This document shows, piece by piece, positions 55,935-64,000 of a DNA stretch of 64,000 nt. Origin of the DNA: Octopus vulgaris (lineage: Eukaryota). The stretch lies in NCBI GenBank assembly GCA_951406725.2, contig OX597830.1, positions 50,530,001-50,594,000 of the forward strand, given 5' to 3'. The notes under the pieces were generated by a model that worked only from the letters and a program-made list of their open reading frames with translations, ran no database searches and was not told the DNA's origin. Numbering within the stretch: the stretch's first letter is position 1; each line of letters begins with the position of its first letter. The position numbers and the translations under genes were made by a program.

Positions 55935-56110
55935 CTTTGTGTCTGCGTTTACATGCCTGTAACGTAACGGTTCGGCAAAAGGGACGGATATGTTAAATAT
56001 CAGGCTTAGAAGAATAAACAGTGGGGACGATTAGTTCGAGTATAACATTCTGGAAAGTGGTACTCCAGTATGGCCGCAGTCTAATGACCTAAACAAGTGC
56101 AAGAGTAAAA
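55310..56110. mobile_element. Two diverged SINE family A copies in head-to-head inverted orientation (55310-55672 minus; 55690-56110 plus)
   Basis: Minus copy cagtgggattgaacctgaaaccatgtgg; plus copy acatggttctagattcagtcccactgcg..tggccgcagtctaatgac. Confidence 0.75.
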
Positions 56111-56199
56111 AGGCATAATATATGAAATTAAATCTTTACACGGAAAGTTGCCGTACTATGTGTGTATTTCGGCCTAACATTTGTAGCTTTTATGTAAAG

Positions 56200-56541
56200 G
56201 GTAAAGATCTTCTTCAATCTTGTATGATCATGGGATTGCAAGTAGAAAGTTACCCTCCGAGATACAAGTCCAGGCATGGTTGCTTATGGAAGACCAGCAG
56301 TTGTCCATGTATATCAGCCTCTTCTGTCCACGCCCGCCACCGATGTTGTCCAAGGGAAAGGCAAAGACCGTTGCAGTTTGGCACCAGTGACGTCGCAACT
56401 CATTTCCACAGCTGAGTGAATTGGAGCAACGTGAAATAAAGTGTCTTGCTCAAGAACACAACACACTGTCCGATGCAGGAATCGAACTCACTACCTCATG
56501 AGTGTAAGCCTGACGCTCTAACCACTGAGCCACGCACCTTC
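56200..56541 (-). mobile_element. SINE family C variant
   Basis: Homologous to 42480-42865. Confidence 0.8.
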
Positions 56542-57618
56542 ATTATATCTAAGCATCAACGTGAATATATATTTGTTTGAAGGGTCTCAATACTTGAAAG
56601 TATGATCTAAAACACGCGCACGTAGTCGTGAATTTATAACATGAACGTCAATAGATGCAGGCGTACGTTATAAAGTAATAACACGGTTTTGAGTACGTGG
56701 TTGAATCAATAATTATGCATCAGGAAACGTCTATCTCACTGTCGTCGTCGTCGTCGTCGTCGTTGTCATCATCATCATCACCACTAATACCATCATCATC
56801 AATATCACTATCATCATGACAGCTACCACTAACAGTTTTCTCTTTCTCTCTCCCCTTCACCCTCTTAGTTTTTCCACATCCACCTCCTCCTCATCCTCAT
56901 CATCATTACCATCTCCATCATCATCATTCATTACCACCGTCCGGAACGCAAACACCAAACTGCTATCCTCAGGTTTGTATGTCTCCAGTTAAAGATCCAC
57001 CATTTTGTGTGTCCAAGATACAGGCCTTTACATTGTCTTCCGTGTTGATATGTTTTGATTATTTCAAAATTTATGAGAGGAATTTAATCGGAATTACGAG
57101 AGAGAGGGAGAGGGAGAGAGAGAGAGAGAGAGAGGGAGGAAGAGAAGGGGCACAGACAGAAAAGATGAGCGAGAGAGACAGGAATTATTTGATTCTATCT
57201 TTGCAGATTTGTGTAGCGTTCCACAAGTTTCCAAAATACGGTTTTGATTTATAACTTGGTAAACAAATAATTTTACACTTGTGTGTTTTAATTTAGTTCA
57301 GTCTGGTCTGCGAATATTCCATGGTGATCGATTTTTAATATGATATTCTGGTATTCTTTCGACTGATCTTTGCTTTCCGAAGACAAAACCACTTCGAGGA
57401 AAAGAAGAATCTAAGATATGAGATTATGTTATTATTCATTTGCTCTGTAGGTCTGAGAGTTCTTCCCCACCCGCATACACACACGCACATGCCTTCCAAC
57501 ATACACACATCGTACACACATACATACAGAAGCTCGCAGCTGTATAGACACATGCATAAATACATAGTTACATAGATACAAAAGAAAGACACAGACTTAC
57601 GTATGACAAGGCGAAGGA

Positions 57619-57654
<36 letters not shown>

Positions 57655-57882
57655 TAGGTTCTTGTATACATAAATGTATACATACATTTATAGAATCTGA
57701 CATATGTACAGACAGACAGCGAGACATATAAATAAAATTATACAGAAATGCCTACATATAAACAAATCTACGGACATATACATACACATACCGGTACACA
57801 TATACGAAATTTATACATTTTTCACATATATATTTTGACTTGGCACAAGAATTTTGTTTCTATTGCGTGTGTGTGCGAGTGT

Positions 57883-57935
<53 letters not shown>

Positions 57936-58309
57936 TGTGTGTGTGAATGCAAAAGTTCAGATGAAAGCGGAGGAGTTCGTATTTTTATAGAATTTCTCAC
58001 TTATCTTCTTTAATATATTGTTATAAAGATAAAAACTGTTATTTCGGTATTAAAAGACCCTATTCAAAATTTGGAAAAGCAGCAACAGATAGAAAAATAA
58101 CAAAGACATTACAATGAAACATGAGAATTCTCAGGTTGTAAGGTTAGTATAACGTTCGCTTTAATGGCTTCTGCATGGTCCTTTATGGTACCGTAAATGT
58201 TCCCAAGTACTTACCTGAGATTTTGATCGATGTAAAATATCTTCAGGTCGAAAAGCGACAATGTTGAATAAAAGTGTTAACGTTCATGTCATTGTAATAT
58301 GAAAGCGAT

Positions 58310-58525
58310 AGACGTTAGCACGCCGGGCGAAATACGTAGCCGTATTTCGTCTGCCGTTACGTTCTGAGTTCAAATTCCGCCGAGGTCGACTTTCCCTTTC
58401 ATCCTTTCGGGGTCGATAAATGAAGTACCAGTTACGCACTGGGGTCGATTTAATCGACTTAATCCACTTCTCCGTCCTTTTTTGTCCCCTCTGTGTTTAG
58501 CCCTTTATGGGTAGTAAAGAAATAG
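58310..58525 (+). mobile_element. SINE family B, monomer
   Basis: cgttagcacgccgggcgaaat..gagttcaaattccgccgaggtcgac..gggtagtaaagaaatag. Confidence 0.88.
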
Positions 58526-58869
58526 CTACTTATCAAGATATTCGAAGGGGTAGATGAAATATATTCTATAAAAGACGCTGTTTGGCATATTCATATATTT
58601 AATTATATTGACAAAACACATAAAGATCCAAAATTCTAATGCAATACAGGTAATGCACGTGTCTGAGTGTTTGTGTGTGTGTCTAAACAGGTATGTCTGT
58701 ATGTGTGTGATTATGCACATATATGTATGTAGATTTATACATATGTGTATGCGTAAGTAAATTACCATACATCAAAATACAAGACGGAAAAGCATAAAGG
58801 CAGATACACACAAACATATGGAAATATATATTTATATTTACGTGTGATTATGTGTGTATGTATATATCT

Positions 58870-59508
58870 TCTTTCTATTCGTTTATATCTTTTATTTTTT
58901 TCAGTCATTTGACTGCGGCCATGCCGAAGCACCGCCTTCAGTCGAGCAAATCGATCCCCGGAACCAAATTCTATCGGTCTCTTTTGCCGAACCGCTAGGT
59001 TACGGGGACGTAAACGCACCAGCATCGTTTGTCAAGCGATGTTGGAGCGAAAACACAGAAACCGAAACATATATATATCAATAATAAAGGGGATTTAAAT
59101 ATGGCTTCTTTTTTGCTTGGACACTGGCTTTTCTTAATAAGTTTTGCCCTTATCTTAAAAAGTAATTTTTAATCGCGATAGAAGCTACTCACATTTCTCT
59201 TATATGCTTGTATAGATGAATTCTGTGATTATATGCATTTATATTCTATGTGTAAGAAAAAGCATTATGTGATTAAATATTCGAGATGTGATATGTTTGT
59301 TCTGCAACCAAAGTTTACTATATATATATATATATATATGTATACGGCGGGCGTCTTTAAGTTTCCGACTACCAAATCCACTCACAAGGATTTGGTCGGC
59401 CCGAGGCTATAGTAAAAGACACTTGCCCAAGGAGCCACTACAGTGGGACTGAACCAGGAACCATGTGCCTGGTAAGAAAGCTACTTATCACACAGCTATT
59501 CCTGCGCC
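58870..59508 (-). mobile_element. SINE family A, apparently split by ~250 bp inserted at its internal microsatellite
   Basis: 5' half at 59340-59508 and 3' half at 58870-59065, in the same orientation. Confidence 0.7.
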
Positions 59509-59543
<35 letters not shown>

Positions 59544-59565
59544 ATATATACACACACATACACAG

Positions 59566-59604
<39 letters not shown>

Positions 59605-59767
59605 AAAATGTGTTTATGTGTGCATATATAAATAATATATATGTATATACGTATATACATATATATATGTATATGTATATACGTATATACATATATATAT
59701 ATATATACGTATATACATATATATGTATATACATATATACGTATATACATAGATATATGTGTATATC

Positions 59768-59802
<35 letters not shown>

Positions 59803-60406
59803 CATACATACACACACATATATATATATATATAGACATATTCATATATATATATATATATACTTATATACATTACGCGTCATTTTGCACGCGTATATGC
59901 GGAAGTGTCGATTTATATATATATAAATTACAGTTATCCAAGCGCACATACCGTTTTCTTCACTCTTTAGATAAACGTGTATATTTGACCCTCACATTTT
60001 ATTTTTTTAATCTTTTTTCGTATATATATATTTAGATATCACACTTTCGGATGCTTTACATTCAACATCTTTATGAGCTTCTCCACCGACATTTTCATAT
60101 GTCTAAATGCATAGCTATATACATACATATATATATGTGTGTGTGTGTGTGTATGTATGTATATACACATGCATATATACGCACACGAACATATGCATAT
60201 ATACGCACACGAACATATGCATATATATGTGTGTGTGTGTATGTTTCTATAAATGTGAATAAATATACTTATTTATGCGATTGTGTGAGAATACACATAT
60301 ATTAAAGGCAAAATTGGGTCAGTGTAAATTATTAGTGAACTTAATTTTATAGGGCAAAAACTAGTGTAAAATACTATATAGGAGAATATCATATACAGTA
60401 GTGCTG

Positions 60407-60460
<54 letters not shown>

Positions 60461-60500
60461 GCATGTATGTATATATATATTCAGGGACAAAAACACATAC

Positions 60501-60543
<43 letters not shown>

Positions 60544-60559
60544 CATGCACATATGAGTG

Positions 60560-61330
60560 TGTGTGCTTGTTTGCTTGTGTGTGTGTGTCTATGAATTTTC
60601 ATGGGACACAAAAAATACGGAAAAATATGAGGAAAATACATGATTTCCTAACTCAAGAGCTGTTTCAGGAAGCTCGGAGTTACGAAATAACCATATGAGT
60701 CATAATTCGTTGATGGGACATGCAAAACTTTTATTGGCATACAACAAATAAACGCTCAAACTGGGATATTACAATAAGTCCGGTTTCCCTCGTCAAGAGA
60801 ATATTAGCAAAAGTGTAGAGTAGTGTCAAACATCTAATCGGTTGAAGAAAGAGGAGGTAAAACAATAAGGAAAAGCAGAGAGAGGGAGAAGGATTTCTAC
60901 AACACAGGAAAGAAGGAATAGTGGTGTGGAAACAAAGATATTAAATAAGAAAGTTAGTTTAACATCAGTATGGTGAAGCAAACCTCACTGGTGGTGAACG
61001 TATTGTAAGCAGACAATAAATCAGTTAGGAATGGCAACTGATGAGATAGGAGGAGATAAGCAATGAAGGCATAGTGTAGTGGTGGGAGCAACGGAGGAAT
61101 GTATGCTAAGATAAGGAGAATATGGTGCAAAGGAAAAGGTCAAAGGAAAATAGTGCTAGCAATGCTAAATAGTAAGTAAAAAACTGAGCCGCTATAAGGA
61201 CTTTCTGTTTCTGGTAAGGGTAACTGTGGTCCGCATCTAAGTCAATAGTCACATCTAAACAGAATGTTACCTTAGCGCTGTTTTCAAATGACATAGAAAG
61301 ATTCAAATTCTTAAAAAAAACATACGGTGA
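60560..61330 (-). mobile_element. Penelope-like fragment (RT C-terminal piece and terminal-repeat-like region)
   Basis: Minus strand LNLSMSFENSAKVTFCLDVTIDLDADHSYPYQK resembles the PLE motif IT.E.N...V.FLDVT.DL...Y.PY.K. A hammerhead-like motif lies downstream at 60652-60799. Confidence 0.6.
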
Positions 61331-61602
61331 CCTTTGGGGTACGTTCGATCATTGCAAGCAACCGTGCACCTCTCTCTTGATCGAACAACATTATTTTAGC
61401 AGCCAGAAAAATGCGATTGACTTTTGATAGCTATTACTCTGTAGATCTCTTTGGTATCACCACGGGCTCCTCGGACTCTGCTCAAATAACTGTCCTGATT
61501 GCTATTTTTCATAAGTCCTGGGTTCGATTTGCTCGACTAAAAGCGGTGCTCCAGCATGGCCACAGTCAAATGACTGAAACAAGTAAAAAGAGTAAAGAAA
61601 GA

Positions 61603-61651
<49 letters not shown>

Positions 61652-61966
61652 GAGAGAGAGATAAACAGACGGAAAGATTAATAGCTAGCTAGATAGATAG
61701 ATAGATACACATACACACATACCCTCCCCCCACACACACATATATGCATCCAAATGTATGTGTGCTCGTGTGAGTATCCATGATTCAAATAGCAGGACTT
61801 CTATCTCTTTCGAATTTTCTATTTGTTCGAAAATTAAAATGTTTCTCACGTGATCTCTGCACTCATCACCGATCAGCATTATCTCTCATCCCGTCATCAC
61901 GTGACGCCGCTGTTATTTATGCATATTGAAATAGAGCTGCTATTGCTGTTGCTGCTGTTGTTGTCT

Positions 61967-61998
<32 letters not shown>

Positions 61999-62039
61999 GA
62001 ATATGAACCACCTTCAATAAATGTAAATAAAAATATCAT

Positions 62040-62700
62040 GAAAAATATTGTACTAAAAGTATTCATATTGTATAAAATGGAACTTCCTCATTGATTGGAG
62101 CAAAAATCTGACGGTGCAGAGAATCATATTCGTTGAGACAGCCATTCAAAAACGAGCAGATGTTTCGGAATGCATGAATCAACTGGAAGAAAGCTATTAA
62201 ACTATGAAGCTAAAATAATAGAAAGTGATAAATTGGTATCAGATGCCTACGGTTTGGAAACAACTATAAGAAACAAAAGCAATGCTACGTTAGAAATGGA
62301 ATGAATGTATTGTTGCCGAATGGATTGAAGATTGCAATCAAAAAGTACTATTCAGGCAGAAGGCTTCAGTATATTTCCAGCCGTGATAAGCACAATGTTA
62401 ATCAAACAATCATTGGTGAGGCATTTATTAGAAGCACTGGTTGGTTTTAATTTATTTTGGAATTAAGAATATAGCAACACAATGTAAAGATTTGCGGAAA
62501 ATCAGTCACTGATGATAAAGAATCCAGAGCAAAGCATTCTTTTTTTTTTTAATCTAAAAGAAAATAATTACAAGCGAGATGTAGTGATCGGCCGATACGG
62601 ACGAAACCGGATAACTGTGGAAAATAATGACATGAAGAAATCTTGAAAAATGTCTCCCAGGTTTTAAGTTTGCAAAGTCCGTGTGATTCTTTTGTTTGGA
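62040..62700 (+). mobile_element. Tigger/pogo-type transposase remnant, heavily decayed
   Basis: Fragments AEWIEDCNQK, IQAE, RSTGWF and DTDETG*LWKIM occur in order and correspond to the CENP-B-type HTH (ASxGWF) and the NxDETGLFWK DDE start. Confidence 0.7.
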
Positions 62701-62749
62701 GAAATTACATAAGATAAAAGCCTATGGTTATTGTCTTTTATCGTTTATC

Positions 62750-62930
62750 TTATGCTTGTTTCAGTCATTAGACTGCGACCATGCTGGGGCACCGTCACGA
62801 AGACTATTTAATCAAATGCTTACTTTTTGTTAAACCTGTTACTTATTCTATCGGTCGCTTTTGCTAAGCTACTGGACGTAAACAGACCAACACCAGTGGT
62901 CAAGCAGTGATAGTGGACAAGCACGCACAG

Positions 62931-62961
<31 letters not shown>

Positions 62962-62968
62962 GAGATGA

Positions 62969-63056
<88 letters not shown>

Positions 63057-63172
63057 ATAGACGACGTGTTTCTTTCACTTTCCGTCTACCAAATCCACTC
63101 ACAATGCTTTGACCGGCCTGAAGCTATAGTAGAAGACAGCTGCCCAGGCTGCCACTATGTGGTTAGGAAGCC
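62750..63172 (-). mobile_element. SINE family A, diverged, with internal (CA)n/(GATA)n expansion
   Basis: ttgtttcagtcattagactgcgaccatgctgg..ttccgtctaccaaatccactcacaa. Confidence 0.8.
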
Positions 63173-63427
63173 AATTTTGGTGGACCAAGAAAAGACCTTG
63201 GGCGTTAAAAATTTCAATTTGCAGAACAGAAATCTCTACGTATTTTTATCCAGTTTCTGAAATATTTTCTGAACGGAGAAACCTTGTATTTAGTGTTCTT
63301 CATTCTAACTTTAGCTGTTTCGGAATCTCATTATCAAATGATGCTGTGAAGATATGGCCGCATTCAAAATGGCTGAAACAAGAGAACACCTTTTAGGCCA
63401 CATATGACATCATTATTACGTTAAGGT

Positions 63428-64000
63428 TAATGGCAGCGAGTTGGCAGTATCATTAGCACGCCGGGAAAAAAGCTTAGCGGCATTTCGTCTGTCCTTGCGT
63501 TCTGAGTTCAAATTCCGCCCAGGTTAACTTTGACTTTCATCATTCCGGGTTCGATAAATTAAGTACCAGCTACGCACTGGGGTCGATATAATCGATTTAA
63601 TCCGTTTGTCTGTGCTTGTTTGTCCTCTCTGTGTTTAGCCCCTTGTGGGTAGTAAAGAAATAGGTATTTCGTCTGCAGCTACGTTCTGAGTTCAAATTTC
63701 GCCGAGGTCGACGTTGCTTTCCATCATTCCGGGGTCGATAAATTAAGTACCATCTACGCACTGGGGTCGATGTAATCGACTTAATCCGTTTGTCTGTGCT
63801 TGTTTCTCCTCTCTGTGTGTAGCCCCTTGTGGGTAGTAAAGAAATAGGTATTTCGTCTGCCGCTACGTTTTGAGTTCAAATTCCACCGAGGTCGACTTTG
63901 CCGTTCATCCTTTCGGGGTCGATTAAATAAGTACCAGTTACGCACTGGAGTCAATGTAATCGACTTAATTCGTTTGTCTGACCTTGTTTGTCCTCTCTGT
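63428..64000 (+). mobile_element. SINE family B multimer: one head plus at least three 184-bp body units, running off the window
   Basis: gg(c/t)atttcgtctg at 63479, 63663 and 63847. Confidence 0.92.

Overview
AT-rich eukaryotic non-coding DNA, about 64 kb, with no recognisable host protein-coding exon. It reads as intergenic or deep-intronic sequence. The very high density of (TA)n/(TG)n/(GATA)n/(AAT)n microsatellites and the tRNA-headed SINE families resemble what I recall from octopus (coleoid cephalopod) genomes; this is inference, not a database match. Almost all ORFs in the supplied track are microsatellite or satellite artefacts. What can be supported is a transposon graveyard: Penelope-like fragments, mariner, Tc1 and Tigger/pogo remnants, a complete 532-bp internally deleted mariner with TIRs and TA TSD, a hAT-type MITE with 8-bp TSD, RLE-type (Dong/R4-like) LINE pieces in (AAT)n tracts, CR1- and RTE-clade LINE pieces, an L1/Tx1-like ORF1 remnant, a probable non-autonomous Helitron and four SINE families. 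Four structures stand out. (1) A ~4.7-kb, ~52-bp-monomer satellite (46205-50870) with higher-order repeats, whose monomer is built from overlapping GAA/TTC palindromes matching STAT, ETS and NF-kB consensus sites. (2) Several dispersed, degenerate type-I hammerhead-ribozyme-like motifs, some with unusually long stem II inserts. (3) A SINE family that occurs as head-to-tail ~184-bp multimers. (4) A ~2.26-kb tandem duplication. Coordinates were read by eye and are approximate unless termini are quoted.
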